Assembly: GCF_017348835.2 (NCBI RefSeq)
Contig: NZ_CP071375.1
Direction: 5' to 3' (one strand)
DNA: 64,000 nt
From: Escherichia coli
Lineage (GTDB): Bacteria > Pseudomonadota > Gammaproteobacteria > Enterobacterales > Enterobacteriaceae
Part shown: piece after piece, positions 42,195 through 62,095 of the stretch
Numbering within the stretch: the stretch's first letter is position 1
How the letters are laid out: every line of letters starts with the position of its first letter
Made by a program: the position numbers and the translations under genes
Notes under the pieces: model-generated
The model's input: only the letters and a program-made list of their open reading frames with translations
What the model was told of the DNA's origin: nothing
Databases searched by the model: none

Positions 42195-42914
42195 ATGAAC
42201 ACTATCGTATTTGTGGAAGATGATGCGGAAGTCGGTTCACTGATTGCCGCGTACCTGGCAAAACATGATATGCAGGTTACCGTAGAGCCGCGCGGCGACC
42301 AGGCCGAAGAAACCATTTTGCGAGAAAATCCGGATTTGGTGTTACTCGACATCATGCTACCAGGCAAGGACGGCATGACCATTTGTCGTGATTTACGCGC
42401 AAAGTGGTCTGGACCGATTGTTCTTCTAACCTCTCTCGATAGCGATATGAACCACATCCTGGCACTGGAAATGGGTGCCTGCGACTATATTCTCAAAACG
42501 ACGCCCCCTGCTGTTTTGCTAGCGCGTTTACGTTTGCATTTGCGTCAGAATGAGCAAGCCACACTGACCAAAGGTCTTCAGGAAACGTCTCTGACTCCCT
42601 ACAAAGCCCTGCATTTCGGCACGTTGACCATCGATCCCATCAACCGCTTAGTCACCCTGGCTAACACTGAAATCTCGCTCTCGACAGCTGATTTCGAATT
42701 ATTGTGGGAATTAGCTACCCATGCCGGGCAAATCATGGACCGCGATGCATTGCTGAAAAATTTACGCGGCGTCAGTTATGACGGACTGGATCGTAGCGTG
42801 GACGTGGCTATTTCGCGGTTAAGAAAAAAACTGCTCGATAACGCCGCAGAACCTTATCGCATTAAAACTGTGCGTAACAAAGGCTATCTTTTTGCGCCCC
42901 ATGCATGGGAATAA
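42195..42914 (+). CDS. rstA: Two-component response regulator RstA (OmpR family)
   Basis: Receiver domain plus winged-helix; start MNTIVFVEDD. Confidence 0.9.
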   Translation: MNTIVFVEDDAEVGSLIAAYLAKHDMQVTVEPRGDQAEETILRENPDLVLLDIMLPGKDGMTICRDLRAKWSGPIVLLTSLDSDMNHILALEMGACDYILKTTPPAVLLARLRLHLRQNEQATLTKGLQETSLTPYKALHFGTLTIDPINRLVTLANTEISLSTADFELLWELATHAGQIMDRDALLKNLRGVSYDGLDRSVDVAISRLRKKLLDNAAEPYRIKTVRNKGYLFAPHAWE

Positions 42915-42917
42915 GCG

Positions 42918-44219
42918 ATGAAAAAACTGTTTATCCAGTTTTACCTGTTATTGTTTGTCTGCTTCCTTGTGATGTCTCTGCTGGTTGGGCTGGTGTACAA
43001 ATTTACCGCCGAACGCGCGGGCAAACAGTCGCTGGATGATTTGATGAACAGTTCGCTGTATCTGATGCGCAGCGAATTGCGTGAGATCCCCCCACACGAC
43101 TGGGGTAAGACGCTGAAAGAGATGGATTTAAATCTATCTTTCGATCTGCGTGTCGAGCCACTGAGTAAATACCATCTTGATGATATTTCCATGCACCGAC
43201 TGCGTGGCGGCGAAATTGTCGCCCTGGACGATCAGTACACGTTTTTGCAGCGTATCCCGCGCAGCCACTACGTGCTGGCAGTTGGTCCTGTTCCTTATCT
43301 TTATTATCTCCATCAGATGCGATTGCTGGATATCGCCCTGATCGCTTTTATTGCTATTTCCCTCGCCTTTCCGGTGTTTATCTGGATGCGTCCGCACTGG
43401 CAGGATATGTTAAAACTGGAAGCAGCGGCGCAACGATTTGGCGATGGGCATCTCAATGAACGTATCCACTTTGATGAGGGGTCGAGCTTTGAACGACTTG
43501 GTATCGCATTTAACCAGATGGCGGACAATATCAACGCCTTGATTGCCAGCAAAAAACAGCTTATTGACGGTATCGCTCACGAACTGCGAACACCGTTAGT
43601 GCGCCTGCGTTATCGACTGGAGATGAGCGATAACCTGAGCGCCGCCGAATCCCAGGCGTTGAATCGTGATATCAGTCAACTTGAAGCTTTAATTGAAGAG
43701 CTGCTGACTTATGCCCGACTCGATCGCCCACAAAACGAGCTTCATCTTAGCGAACCAGACCTGCCGTTGTGGCTGTCAACGCATCTGGCAGACATTCAGG
43801 CAGTAACGCCCGATAAAAGGGTACGGATTAAAACGCTCGCGCAAGGCCATTATGCGGCGTTGGATATGCGCTTAATGGAGCGCGTGCTGGATAATTTGCT
43901 CAATAACGCCCTGCGCTACTGCCATTCAACGGTTGAAACCAGCCTGCTACTGTCGGGGAATAGAGCGACATTAATTGTTGAGGATGATGGCCCAGGGATT
44001 GCCCCAGAAAACCGCGAACATATCTTTGAACCTTTTGTTCGCCTCGATCCCAGCCGGGATCGCTCAACCGGCGGCTGCGGGCTGGGGCTGGCAATTGTCC
44101 ACTCTATAGCACTGGCAATGGGCGGTACGGTTAATTGTGACACCAGCGAACTGGGTGGTGCCCGCTTCTCGTTTAGCTGGCCGTTATGGCATAACATCCC
44201 GCAATTTACCTCTGCCTGA
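42918..44219 (+). CDS. rstB: Sensor histidine kinase RstB
   Basis: HAMP, HisKA (HELRTPL) and HATPase domains; 433 aa. Confidence 0.9.
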   Translation: MKKLFIQFYLLLFVCFLVMSLLVGLVYKFTAERAGKQSLDDLMNSSLYLMRSELREIPPHDWGKTLKEMDLNLSFDLRVEPLSKYHLDDISMHRLRGGEIVALDDQYTFLQRIPRSHYVLAVGPVPYLYYLHQMRLLDIALIAFIAISLAFPVFIWMRPHWQDMLKLEAAAQRFGDGHLNERIHFDEGSSFERLGIAFNQMADNINALIASKKQLIDGIAHELRTPLVRLRYRLEMSDNLSAAESQALNRDISQLEALIEELLTYARLDRPQNELHLSEPDLPLWLSTHLADIQAVTPDKRVRIKTLAQGHYAALDMRLMERVLDNLLNNALRYCHSTVETSLLLSGNRATLIVEDDGPGIAPENREHIFEPFVRLDPSRDRSTGGCGLGLAIVHSIALAMGGTVNCDTSELGGARFSFSWPLWHNIPQFTSA

Positions 44220-44267
44220 CACTACGCGCACGGTGGTCAAGTCACCACCACTGTGCTATAAACTTAG

Positions 44268-46624
<2,357 letters not shown>

Positions 46625-46737
46625 GGCCTGCTCCTCACCTGATTAATTTTTTCTTTCTGTTTTGCTTTCGTTAAGCAACTTTTAGCTCACTTATTATTTA
46701 CCATTTGATAACAAATGTTTGGTCTTTCGTGCCATGT

Positions 46738-46760
46738 AAAAAAACCGCCCCGAAGGGCGG
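46738..46760 (-). terminator. fumA intrinsic terminator (hairpin CCGCCC-TTCG-GGGCGG followed by a U-run on the minus strand)
   Basis: Plus-strand sequence AAAAAAACCGCCCCGAAGGGCGG immediately downstream of the fumA stop. Confidence 0.7.
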
Positions 46761-46766
46761 CTCTGT

Positions 46767-48413
46767 TTATTTCACACAGCGGGTGCATTGTGTGAGTTGT
46801 ATCTGCTGGAAGAAGTCATTTCCTTTATCATCCACAAGGATAAACGCCGGGAAATCTTCCACTTCAATTTTCCAGATGGCTTCCATTCCCAGTTCCGGAT
46901 ATTCAACACATTCCAGGCTCTTAATACTTCCCTGCGCCAATACAGCGGCCGGACCACCGATACTGCCAAGGTAGAAGCCGCCGTGTTTTTTACAGGCATC
47001 CGTCACCTGCTGGCTGCGGTTGCCTTTCGCCAGCATGATCATACTTCCGCCCTGCGCTTGCAGTTGATCGACATAAGAATCCATCCGTCCGGCGGTCGTT
47101 GGGCCAAGAGAACCGGAGGCATAACCTTCCGGCGTTTTGGCCGGACCCGCGTAGTAAATCGGATGATCTTTAATGTACTGCGGCAGCCCTTCACCGTTAT
47201 CCATCCGCTCTTTCAGTTTGGCGTGAGCAATATCACGACCAACGATAATCGTGCCGTTAAGCGATAAGCGTGTAGAAACGGGATACTGCGACAACTGTGC
47301 GAGGATCTCTTTCATCGGACGGTTAAGGTCAACGCGCACCGCTTCGCCTTCTCCCGCTTTGCGCAGCTCTTCCGGGATATATTTGCCTGGATTATGTTCC
47401 AGTTTTTCGATCCAGATCCCCTGACGGTTGATCTTCGCTTTGATATTACGGTCAGCAGAGCAGGAGACGCCCATACCGACCGGGCAGGATGCGCCGTGAC
47501 GTGGCAGGCGAATCACGCGGATGTCGTGAGCGAAGTATTTACCACCAAACTGCGCACCCAGACCGAGATTTTGCGCTTCGATCAGCAATTCTTTTTCCAG
47601 TTCCACATCGCGGAACGCCTGACCGTGCTCATTCCCTTCCGTTGGCAGTTCATCATAGTATTTCGCGGAAGCCAGTTTCACCGTTTTAAGGTTCGTTTCT
47701 GCAGAAGTTCCACCAATAACGAACGCAATATGATACGGAGGACAGGCCGCCGTACCCAGCGTGCGCATCTTCTCAACCAGGTAATTTTTCAGTTTCCCCG
47801 GCGTCAGTAACGCTTTGGTTTCCTGATAGAGATACGTCTTGTTTGCCGAACCACCACCTTTGGCGATACAGAGGAATTTGTATTCGTCGCCATCAACGGC
47901 ATAAAGATCGATCTGCGCTGGCAGATTGGTGCCGGTGTTCACTTCTTTATACATATCCAGCGGCGCGTTTTGCGAGTAGCGCAGATTATCTTCGATATAA
48001 GTGTTATAGACACCGCGCGCCAGCGCCGCTTCATCACCACCACCGGTCCATACACGCTGCCCTTTTTTACCAACAATAATCGCGGTGCCGGTATCCTGAC
48101 AGGTTGGCAGAACGCCTTTCGCCGCGATGTCGGAGTTACGCAGGAATTGCAGCGCCACATATTTATCATTTTCGCTGGCCTCCGGGTCACGCAGAATGTC
48201 GGCCACCTGTTGTTGGTGAGCCGGACGCAGCATAAACGACGCATCATGAAACGCCTGACGCGCCAACAGAGTTAACGCTTCGGGTGCGACTTTCAAAATC
48301 TCCTGCCCTTCAAATTCAGATACGCTAACGTGTTCGCTGGTTAGCAGGTAATACTCAGTATCATCTTTTTTGAGTGGAAAAGGAGCCTGATAATGAAAGG
48401 GTTTGTTTGACAT
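46767..48413 (-). CDS. fumA: Class I Fe-S fumarate hydratase
   Basis: 548 aa. Confidence 0.9.
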   Translation of the reverse strand: MSNKPFHYQAPFPLKKDDTEYYLLTSEHVSVSEFEGQEILKVAPEALTLLARQAFHDASFMLRPAHQQQVADILRDPEASENDKYVALQFLRNSDIAAKGVLPTCQDTGTAIIVGKKGQRVWTGGGDEAALARGVYNTYIEDNLRYSQNAPLDMYKEVNTGTNLPAQIDLYAVDGDEYKFLCIAKGGGSANKTYLYQETKALLTPGKLKNYLVEKMRTLGTAACPPYHIAFVIGGTSAETNLKTVKLASAKYYDELPTEGNEHGQAFRDVELEKELLIEAQNLGLGAQFGGKYFAHDIRVIRLPRHGASCPVGMGVSCSADRNIKAKINRQGIWIEKLEHNPGKYIPEELRKAGEGEAVRVDLNRPMKEILAQLSQYPVSTRLSLNGTIIVGRDIAHAKLKERMDNGEGLPQYIKDHPIYYAGPAKTPEGYASGSLGPTTAGRMDSYVDQLQAQGGSMIMLAKGNRSQQVTDACKKHGGFYLGSIGGPAAVLAQGSIKSLECVEYPELGMEAIWKIEVEDFPAFILVDDKGNDFFQQIQLTQCTRCVK

Positions 48414-48611
48414 TGTTCTCTCACTTACTGCCTGGTTTGGTTATGCTCTGGGCGGGTGTTCCGTTGCCCTGTTAAAAGCGAGTAACAATATCCTACACAC
48501 TTTTTTAACAAAAACTGAGACTAGTACGACTTTTTGCGGCTCCAGGTTACTTCCCGTAGGATTCTTGCTTTAATAGCGGGATTAATTTCCACATTAAAAC
48601 AGGGATTGATC

Positions 48612-49787
48612 ATGCAAAAACTCATTAACTCAGTGCAAAACTATGCCTGGGGCAGCAAAACGGCGTTGACTGAACTTTATGGTATGGAAAATCCGTCCAG
48701 CCAGCCGATGGCCGAGCTGTGGATGGGCGCACATCCGAAAAGCAGTTCACGAGTGCAGAATGCCGCCGGAGATATCGTTTCACTGCGTGATGTGATTGAG
48801 AGTGATAAATCGACTCTGCTCGGAGAGGCCGTTGCCAAACGCTTTGGCGAACTGCCTTTCCTGTTCAAAGTATTATGCGCAGCACAGCCGCTCTCCATTC
48901 AGGTTCATCCAAACAAACACAATTCTGAAATCGGTTTTGCCAAAGAAAATGCCGCAGGTATCCCGATGGATGCCGCCGAGCGTAACTATAAAGATCCTAA
49001 CCACAAGCCTGAGCTGGTTTTTGCGCTGACGCCTTTCCTTGCGATGAACGCGTTTCGTGAATTTTCCGAGATTGTCTCCCTACTCCAGCCGGTCGCAGGT
49101 GCACATCCGGCGATTGCTCACTTTTTACAACAGCCTGATGCCGAACGTTTAAGCGAACTGTTCGCCAGCCTGTTGAATATGCAGGGTGAAGAAAAATCCC
49201 GCGCGCTGGCGATTTTAAAATCGGCGCTCGACAGTCAGCAGGGTGAACCGTGGCAAACGATTCGTTTAATTTCTGAATTTTACCCGGATGACAGCGGCCT
49301 GTTCTCTCCGCTGTTGCTGAATGTGGTGAAATTGAATCCTGGCGAAGCGATGTTCCTGTTCGCTGAAACACCGCACGCTTACCTGCAAGGCGTGGCGCTG
49401 GAAGTGATGGCAAACTCCGATAACGTGCTGCGTGCGGGTCTGACGCCTAAATACATTGATATTCCGGAACTGGTTGCCAATGTGAAGTTCGAAGCCAAAC
49501 CGGCTAACCAGTTGTTGACCCAGCCGGTGAAACAAGGTGCAGAACTGGACTTCCCGATTCCGGTTGATGATTTTGCCTTCTCGCTGCATGACCTTAGTGA
49601 TAAAGAAACCACCATTAGCCAGCAGAGTGCCGCCATTTTGTTCTGTGTCGAAGGCGATGCAACGCTGTGTAAAGGTTCTCAGCAGTTACAGCTTAAACCG
49701 GGTGAATCAGCGTTTATTGCCGCCAACGAATCACCGGTGACTGTCAAAGGCCACGGCCGTTTAGCGCGTGTTTACAACAAGCTGTAA
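48612..49787 (+). CDS. manA: Mannose-6-phosphate isomerase
   Basis: Starts MQKLINSVQNYAWGSKTALTELYG; 391 aa. Confidence 0.9.
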   Translation: MQKLINSVQNYAWGSKTALTELYGMENPSSQPMAELWMGAHPKSSSRVQNAAGDIVSLRDVIESDKSTLLGEAVAKRFGELPFLFKVLCAAQPLSIQVHPNKHNSEIGFAKENAAGIPMDAAERNYKDPNHKPELVFALTPFLAMNAFREFSEIVSLLQPVAGAHPAIAHFLQQPDAERLSELFASLLNMQGEEKSRALAILKSALDSQQGEPWQTIRLISEFYPDDSGLFSPLLLNVVKLNPGEAMFLFAETPHAYLQGVALEVMANSDNVLRAGLTPKYIDIPELVANVKFEAKPANQLLTQPVKQGAELDFPIPVDDFAFSLHDLSDKETTISQQSAAILFCVEGDATLCKGSQQLQLKPGESAFIAANESPVTVKGHGRLARVYNKL

Positions 49788-49845
49788 GAGCTTACTGAAA
49801 AAATTAACATCTCTTGCTAAGCTTATTAAAGGCTTATAACACCTT

Positions 49846-49875
49846 CAGGCGGCCAGTCCGCCTGATTTCATTTTA
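49846..49875 (+). terminator. manA terminator (CAGGCGG ... CCGCCTG followed by a T-rich tract)
   Basis: 7-bp stem. Confidence 0.55.
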
Positions 49876-49887
49876 TGGATAATCATT

Positions 49888-51396
49888 ATGAATAAATCGC
49901 TGGTAGCGGTAGGCGTCATTGTTGCGCTAGGCGTAGTCTGGACAGGCGGCGCATGGTATACAGGCAAGAAGATTGAAACCCATCTCGAAGACATGGTCGC
50001 GCAGGCGAACGCGCAACTCAAACTGACCGCTCCTGAATCCAACCTGGAAGTGAGTTATCAAAACTATCATCGCGGCGTATTCAGCAGTCAGCTGCAACTG
50101 TTGGTGAAACCCATTGCCGGAAAAGAAAATCCGTGGATTAAAAGCGGTCAGAGCGTCATCTTCAACGAATCGGTTGATCATGGTCCCTTCCCCCTTGCCC
50201 AGCTTAAAAAACTGAACCTGATCCCGTCGATGGCATCAATTCAAACCACGCTGGTTAATAACGAAGTAAGCAAACCACTGTTTGATATGGCAAAAGGTGA
50301 AACGCCTTTTGAGATTAACTCACGCATTGGTTACAGCGGTGATTCCAGTTCCGATATTTCGCTCAAGCCACTGAATTACGAGCAAAAGGATGAAAAAGTC
50401 GCCTTTAGCGGCGGCGAGTTCCAGTTAAATGCGGGCAGAGACGGCAAAGCTATCTCCCTTTCCGGGGAGGCGCAAAGTGGTCGGATAGACGCAGTTAACG
50501 AATACAACCAGAAAGTGCAGTTGACCTTTAATAATCTGAAAACTGACGGTTCCAGCACGCTGGCAAGTTTTGGTGAGCGCGTAGGAAACCAAAAACTGTC
50601 ACTGGAAAAAATGACCATTTCAGTGGAAGGCAAAGAACTGGCACTGCTGGAAGGCATGGAGATCAGCGGTAAATCGGATCTGGTCAATGACGGTAAAACG
50701 ATCAATAGCCAACTGGATTACTCGCTAAACAGCCTGAAGGTACAGAATCAGGATCTGGGCAGCGGCAAGCTGACTTTAAAAGTCGGTCAGATTGATGGTG
50801 AAGCTTGGCATCAGTTTAGCCAGCAATATAACGCGCAAACTCAGGCGCTGCTGGCACAGCCAGAAATTGCCAACAATCCCGAACTTTATCAGGAGAAAGT
50901 GACGGAAGCCTTCTTTAGCGCCCTGCCGCTGATGTTGAAAGGCGATCCAGTGATTACTATCGCACCATTGAGCTGGAAAAACAGCCAGGGTGAAAGCGCG
51001 TTGAATTTGTCGCTGTTCCTGAAAGATCCGGCAACGACTAAAGAAGCGCCGCAAACGCTGGCGCAGGAAGTGGACCGCTCGGTTAAATCTCTGGATGCGA
51101 AACTGACCATTCCGGTGGATATGGCAACTGAACTGATGACTCAGGTAGCGAAGTTGGAAGGTTATCAGGAAGATCAAGCGAAAAAACTGGCGAAACAGCA
51201 AGTTGAAGGCGCATCAGCAATGGGCCAGATGTTCCGTCTGACCACCTTGCAGGACAACACCATCACCACCAGCCTGCAATATGCTAACGGTCAGATCACG
51301 TTAAACGGGCAGAAAATGCCACTGGAAGATTTTGTTGGTATGTTTGCGATGCCGGCATTAAACGTTCCGGCTGTACCCGCTATTCCGCAGCAGTAA
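49888..51396 (+). CDS. ydgA: DUF945 protein YdgA
   Basis: 502 aa with an N-terminal signal/anchor. Confidence 0.85.
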   Translation: MNKSLVAVGVIVALGVVWTGGAWYTGKKIETHLEDMVAQANAQLKLTAPESNLEVSYQNYHRGVFSSQLQLLVKPIAGKENPWIKSGQSVIFNESVDHGPFPLAQLKKLNLIPSMASIQTTLVNNEVSKPLFDMAKGETPFEINSRIGYSGDSSSDISLKPLNYEQKDEKVAFSGGEFQLNAGRDGKAISLSGEAQSGRIDAVNEYNQKVQLTFNNLKTDGSSTLASFGERVGNQKLSLEKMTISVEGKELALLEGMEISGKSDLVNDGKTINSQLDYSLNSLKVQNQDLGSGKLTLKVGQIDGEAWHQFSQQYNAQTQALLAQPEIANNPELYQEKVTEAFFSALPLMLKGDPVITIAPLSWKNSQGESALNLSLFLKDPATTKEAPQTLAQEVDRSVKSLDAKLTIPVDMATELMTQVAKLEGYQEDQAKKLAKQQVEGASAMGQMFRLTTLQDNTITTSLQYANGQITLNGQKMPLEDFVGMFAMPALNVPAVPAIPQQ

Positions 51397-51408
51397 TTCA
51401 CTGCCAAA

Positions 51409-51439
51409 ACGCCGGAGGATTTTCACTCCGGCGTTTTTT
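51409..51439. terminator. Terminator between ydgA and the convergent gene uidC (ACGCCGGAG ... CTCCGGCGT followed by TTTTTT)
   Basis: 9-bp stem plus U-run. Confidence 0.75.
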
Positions 51440-51440
51440 C

Positions 51441-52706
51441 TTACTTCAGCATAAAGTCATACTGAATACTCATTTTCACATCCCAGTAATTCAGGCGATT
51501 GCCCAGCGCACTGCCGTTGCGCTTTTCCCGCCCTTTATCGGCAGCAAGAAAGAAATTCATCCCTTGTAACGGCCCTTCGCTGACCCGATAGTTCATACCA
51601 CCTAAGATACCCGCGCCTTCAATCCGCACATCTCGTTTACTGGACTCATAGCCGCGGGTCACAATCGGCGCAAATGTCAGCGTAAATTGCGGGGTTAAAC
51701 GATAATTGACGCCCAATTGCCAGGACTGCATTCCTTCACGGTTACGATCAAGACTTAATGAAAAGGGATAGCCAATGTCGGTATCCACTACAGCTCCATT
51801 CATCGCATGACGCAGATAACCACCACTACCAAAAACGCTTCCCCACGGCGCACTCCAGGTCAATTGTCCACTAACCAACGCCGTTTCATTGGGCTGGCTG
51901 GTATTACGACTTAAGCCTTCGAGTTGCGCGTAAAAGCCAAGCAACTCCCCTTTCAGCGCATAATCCTGAGCGAGCGGAATGCTTTTCTCCAGAATACTTT
52001 GAATCTGGTTGGAAACATCTTTCTGTACCGATGCCCCCAGAGAATAGCGACTGGTATCATCATGCCAACTGGCGGCTAAAAAAGAACGTGCGCGATGTTT
52101 ATCGTATTTTCCCGTCTGGCTGTTATAAACCCCTTCATCACGGATGCCGGTTGTTGAATCGGTCCACAAAAATACTCTTGAACGCCACATTCCCCACAGT
52201 TCGATATTTGGCGTTAAAGCCCAATAACCTAATGCTCCTTCAGAAACTGTCGGTAATGTGCGTTGCGAACTGCCAGCAATTAACGGAATACGATAAGGTA
52301 AGCTACCATAACTATAATCCGTCCCGAAGCGACCTAATTTAAGCAGGCTATTTTCACTCGGTTTTATTTTTACTGTCCCCAGGGCAAAGCCAAAACTTTT
52401 ATCACCATCAAGATACCACCGGGTACTCATATCAGCACGAGCACCTAATTTATAGACATAATACGCTCCGCCTTCAACGCCAATAATATTGGAATAATAA
52501 CCACTATTGAAATCGAGCAATCCTCCCTGTACCCATGCGTAAATATCTCTTCCCGCGCCAGCACTGGGCTTATCAGCCCTGCGTAATTCGTTTTTCAGTC
52601 TGATGCGTAGTCCCGCTTCATCGTCAGCCAGTTGCGCCGCGTAAGCAGAGGTAAGGCCAGAGGCAGCCGTCAGGCAAATAACGGCCATGGCCACTATTTT
52701 TCTCAT
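51441..52706 (-). CDS. uidC: Outer-membrane porin of the glucuronide system
   Basis: 421 aa, signal peptide, C-terminal aromatic residue. Confidence 0.85.
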   Translation of the reverse strand: MRKIVAMAVICLTAASGLTSAYAAQLADDEAGLRIRLKNELRRADKPSAGAGRDIYAWVQGGLLDFNSGYYSNIIGVEGGAYYVYKLGARADMSTRWYLDGDKSFGFALGTVKIKPSENSLLKLGRFGTDYSYGSLPYRIPLIAGSSQRTLPTVSEGALGYWALTPNIELWGMWRSRVFLWTDSTTGIRDEGVYNSQTGKYDKHRARSFLAASWHDDTSRYSLGASVQKDVSNQIQSILEKSIPLAQDYALKGELLGFYAQLEGLSRNTSQPNETALVSGQLTWSAPWGSVFGSGGYLRHAMNGAVVDTDIGYPFSLSLDRNREGMQSWQLGVNYRLTPQFTLTFAPIVTRGYESSKRDVRIEGAGILGGMNYRVSEGPLQGMNFFLAADKGREKRNGSALGNRLNYWDVKMSIQYDFMLK

Positions 52707-52744
52707 AGTTGCACCTTTGATGTTCTGATTATTTTTATAGAATA

Positions 52745-55977
<3,233 letters not shown>

Positions 55978-56316
55978 TTAACCAATTCTGTGTTGCACAC
56001 AGTTATCTGTGAGAAACCCATGGAAGAGAAATGGAAATAAAAAGAACTGACACCGCGATCAAAAAACCAAAAACTGCAATACCCACGGCGTGATATAGAT
56101 CGCATTAATCTTTAAAACGGCGTTGACAGAAGCCATAAAATAAGCAACCGAACGTTCGTTCGAGCATATTGGGAACGATAAACTCTCATGACATATGGCT
56201 ACAGTGAATATTTTGGGGAGGAATTCCCCGCTCCGGCGAGATTGTATTTTGTACAGGGAAATTAAAGTATGAAACGCGGGCTCAGTTGTCACCAGCCCGC
56301 GGAAAGAGAGAGAGAA

Positions 56317-56907
56317 TCAGGATGCGGTTAAGATACCGCCAATCATCGCGCGTAATCCCTGAGCAAACGACGCTTCACGCGCCAGATCTTCCGCTTCGAT
56401 ATCGGCCAGTACACCGTAGGTCAGATCCAGCAGTAAACGTGAAGTCATTGCCGTGTTGATGTCTGGGCTTATCTCGCCTTTTTGCTGGGCATCACGCATC
56501 CGCTGAGCAACAAATTCCGTGATCGTCATATGCTTATTTTTAAGCATGGCGGCGACCTGTGGGTTACGCATCCCTTCCGCCATAATTTCGACCACCAGCG
56601 CCCGTTGCCCAAAGGCTTCATGGGTGAGAGAGACAATAGACTCGACCATATAGTCAACAAAATGAATCCCTTCAATCGGTTCCCGGAAACGAGCCAGCGC
56701 CCTCTCCTGGTCCTGTAAGATAATCGCCTGAATCAAGGCTTCTTTGGAGATGAAATGGTGATAGAGCGTCCCAGGACTAATGGCGCAAGATTTACAGATG
56801 GCTTTCATCGAGGCACTGTGAAATCCATTTTCTGAAAAAATCTCTCTGGCAGCATTGAGGATCCGGGTCCGTGTCGGTTGTGCTTCAGTCTGCATGTTAT
56901 CCATCAT
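56317..56907 (-). CDS. uidR: TetR-family repressor of the uid operon
   Basis: 196 aa with an N-terminal TetR HTH. Confidence 0.9.
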   Translation of the reverse strand: MMDNMQTEAQPTRTRILNAAREIFSENGFHSASMKAICKSCAISPGTLYHHFISKEALIQAIILQDQERALARFREPIEGIHFVDYMVESIVSLTHEAFGQRALVVEIMAEGMRNPQVAAMLKNKHMTITEFVAQRMRDAQQKGEISPDINTAMTSRLLLDLTYGVLADIEAEDLAREASFAQGLRAMIGGILTAS

Positions 56908-57135
56908 TAAACCATTATAGTTAGCGTGAATAACTAGTTTACCGCGTTGTCAGGTGAGCGCCTATCATTGCTGTTGAATAGTGCGAAGGCACACTCTATT
57001 CGTTTACTTTTCACCCAGTAATTGGTTAACCAATAGCCGTGATTTGCCTGCCAGTTGTTTAGCAGAGACGTTGATGAATTGCACACGCTATCCCGGTAAA
57101 CAACACATACGGCTGTTTACCGGTTCGTTAGTGTA

Positions 57136-57903
57136 TTAATTGAGCTCCTGTACCCCACCGCCGGAGACGGTGAGAATTTGTCCGCTTACCCAGCTGGCTG
57201 CAGGCGAGCAAAGGAACAGAGCTGCGTTAGCAATATCTTGCGGTTGGCCCAGACGTCTGATCGGCGTGTGCTGTAACATTTTTTGTTCAATTTCTGGTGT
57301 AATAACGGATTTCAGGGCATCGGTTAATATTGCCCCCGGCGCAATGCCATTTACCCGAATATTTTTTTCACCCAGGTCAAACGCCATATTTCTGACCAGA
57401 TGACTGGCTGCAGCTTTAGATGATGCATAGGAAGTCATGTTTATATTTTTATTTTCTGCCGCCATAGAAGTGATGGTCAGAATAACGCCACCGCCATTTT
57501 TTTCCATTTCTGGCGCAACAAGTTGTGACAGATGGAAAAAAGAAAACACATTCAGTTCATAAGCACGGCGAAAATTCGCCATTGGCATATCAAACGGTTT
57601 AGGTCCACCGCCACCGGCGTTGTTAACCAGAATATCAACTTTACCCAGCTTACTGATAGCAAAGTCTGCCAGTGCAGAGAGTTCCTGTTCAGAAGTAATA
57701 TCACAACGCCTGGCAAATGCCTGACCACCCAGTTGTTGAATTTCGTCTACAACATGGTTAGCTGCGTCGGCGTTAATATCACTGACCACCACAGATGCGC
57801 CAGCTGTCGCGAATGTAATGGCGATTTCTTTACCAATACCTGCACCCGCACCTGTGATGATGGCGCATTTTCCGTCGAGTCTCAGGTTGTCAGAATTAAA
57901 CAC
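57136..57903 (-). CDS. hdhA: 7-alpha-hydroxysteroid dehydrogenase (SDR)
   Basis: 255 aa; GAGAGIG and YASSKAA motifs. Confidence 0.9.
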   Translation of the reverse strand: MFNSDNLRLDGKCAIITGAGAGIGKEIAITFATAGASVVVSDINADAANHVVDEIQQLGGQAFARRCDITSEQELSALADFAISKLGKVDILVNNAGGGGPKPFDMPMANFRRAYELNVFSFFHLSQLVAPEMEKNGGGVILTITSMAAENKNINMTSYASSKAAASHLVRNMAFDLGEKNIRVNGIAPGAILTDALKSVITPEIEQKMLQHTPIRRLGQPQDIANAALFLCSPAASWVSGQILTVSGGGVQELN

Positions 57904-58014
57904 ATAAACCTCCTGTGAACTTCAGTAAAAATAAAAGGCACCGCCTGTGTGCCACATTTTTTATCATTAACCTTGAGGAAAGGACACTACCAGGTATAGC
58001 AGATAAAGAGAGGA

Positions 58015-59061
<1,047 letters not shown>

Positions 59062-59075
59062 GATTATGTGACAGG

Positions 59076-60810
<1,735 letters not shown>

Positions 60811-60819
60811 GGATAAGAT

Positions 60820-61992
60820 ATGTTCGATTTTTCAAAGGTCGTGGATCGTCATGGCACATGGTGTACGCAGTGGGATTATGTCGCTGACCGTTTCGGCACT
60901 GCTGACCTGTTACCGTTCACGATTTCAGACATGGATTTTGCCACTGCCCCCTGCATTATCGAGGCGCTGAATCAGCGCCTGATGCACGGCGTATTTGGCT
61001 ACAGCCGCTGGAAAAACGATGAGTTTCTCGCGGCTATTGCCCACTGGTTTTCCACCCAGCATTACACCGCCATCGATCCTCAGTCGGTGGTGTATGGCCC
61101 TTCTGTTATCTATATGGTTTCAGAACTGATTCGTCAGTGGTCTGAAACAGGTGAAGGCGTGGTGATCCACACGCCCGCCTATGACGCATTTTACAAGGCC
61201 ATTGAAGGTAACCAGCGCACAGTAATGCCCGTTGCTTTAGAGAAGCAGGCTGACGGCTGGTTTTGCGATATGGGCAAGCTGGAAGCCGTGTTGGCGAAAC
61301 CAGAATGTAAAATTATGCTCCTGTGTAGCCCACAGAATCCTACCGGGAAAGTGTGGACGTGCGATGAGCTGGAGATCATGGCTGACCTGTGCGAGCGTCA
61401 TGGTGTGCGGGTTATTTCCGATGAAATCCATATGGATATGGTTTGGGGCGAGCAGCCGCATATTCCCTGGAGTAATGTGGCTCGCGGAGACTGGGCGTTG
61501 CTAACGTCGGGATCGAAAAGTTTTAATATTCCCGCTCTGACCGGTGCTTACGGGATTATAGAAAATAGCAGTAGCCGCGATGCCTATTTATCGGCACTGA
61601 AAGGCCGTGATGGGCTTTCTTCCCCTTCGGTACTGGCGTTAACTGCCCATATCGCCGCCTATCAGCAAGGCGCGCCGTGGCTGGATGCCTTACGCATCTA
61701 TCTGAAAGATAATCTGACGTATATCGCAGATAAAATGAACGCCGCGTTTCCTGAACTCAACTGGCAGATCCCACAATCCACTTATCTGGCCTGGCTTGAT
61801 CTACGTCCGTTGAATATTGACGACAACGCGTTGCAAAAAGCGCTTATCGAGCAAGAGAAGGTCGCGATCATGCCGGGGTATACCTACGGTGAAGAAGGTC
61901 GTGGTTTTGTCCGACTCAATGCCGGCTGCCCACGTTCGAAACTGGAAAAAGGTGTGGCTGGATTAATTAACGCCATCCGCGCTGTTCGTTAA
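60820..61992 (+). CDS. malY: PLP-dependent cystathionine beta-lyase / Mal regulon modulator MalY
   Basis: 390-aa aminotransferase class I/II fold. Confidence 0.9.
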   Translation: MFDFSKVVDRHGTWCTQWDYVADRFGTADLLPFTISDMDFATAPCIIEALNQRLMHGVFGYSRWKNDEFLAAIAHWFSTQHYTAIDPQSVVYGPSVIYMVSELIRQWSETGEGVVIHTPAYDAFYKAIEGNQRTVMPVALEKQADGWFCDMGKLEAVLAKPECKIMLLCSPQNPTGKVWTCDELEIMADLCERHGVRVISDEIHMDMVWGEQPHIPWSNVARGDWALLTSGSKSFNIPALTGAYGIIENSSSRDAYLSALKGRDGLSSPSVLALTAHIAAYQQGAPWLDALRIYLKDNLTYIADKMNAAFPELNWQIPQSTYLAWLDLRPLNIDDNALQKALIEQEKVAIMPGYTYGEEGRGFVRLNAGCPRSKLEKGVAGLINAIRAVR

Positions 61993-61998
61993 CCCCAA

Positions 61999-62038
61999 TT
62001 GCGCAACGTAAAAAATCGTTGCGCAATCGTGGATTTTT
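61999..62038 (+). terminator. malY terminator (TTGCGCAACG ... CGTTGCGCAA followed by a T-rich tract)
   Basis: 10-bp perfect stem. Confidence 0.6.
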
Positions 62039-62095
62039 ACCCTGCTTTGTTTTTATAATGGTGCGCACTTTTATATGCAGAAAAAGAGTGCGACC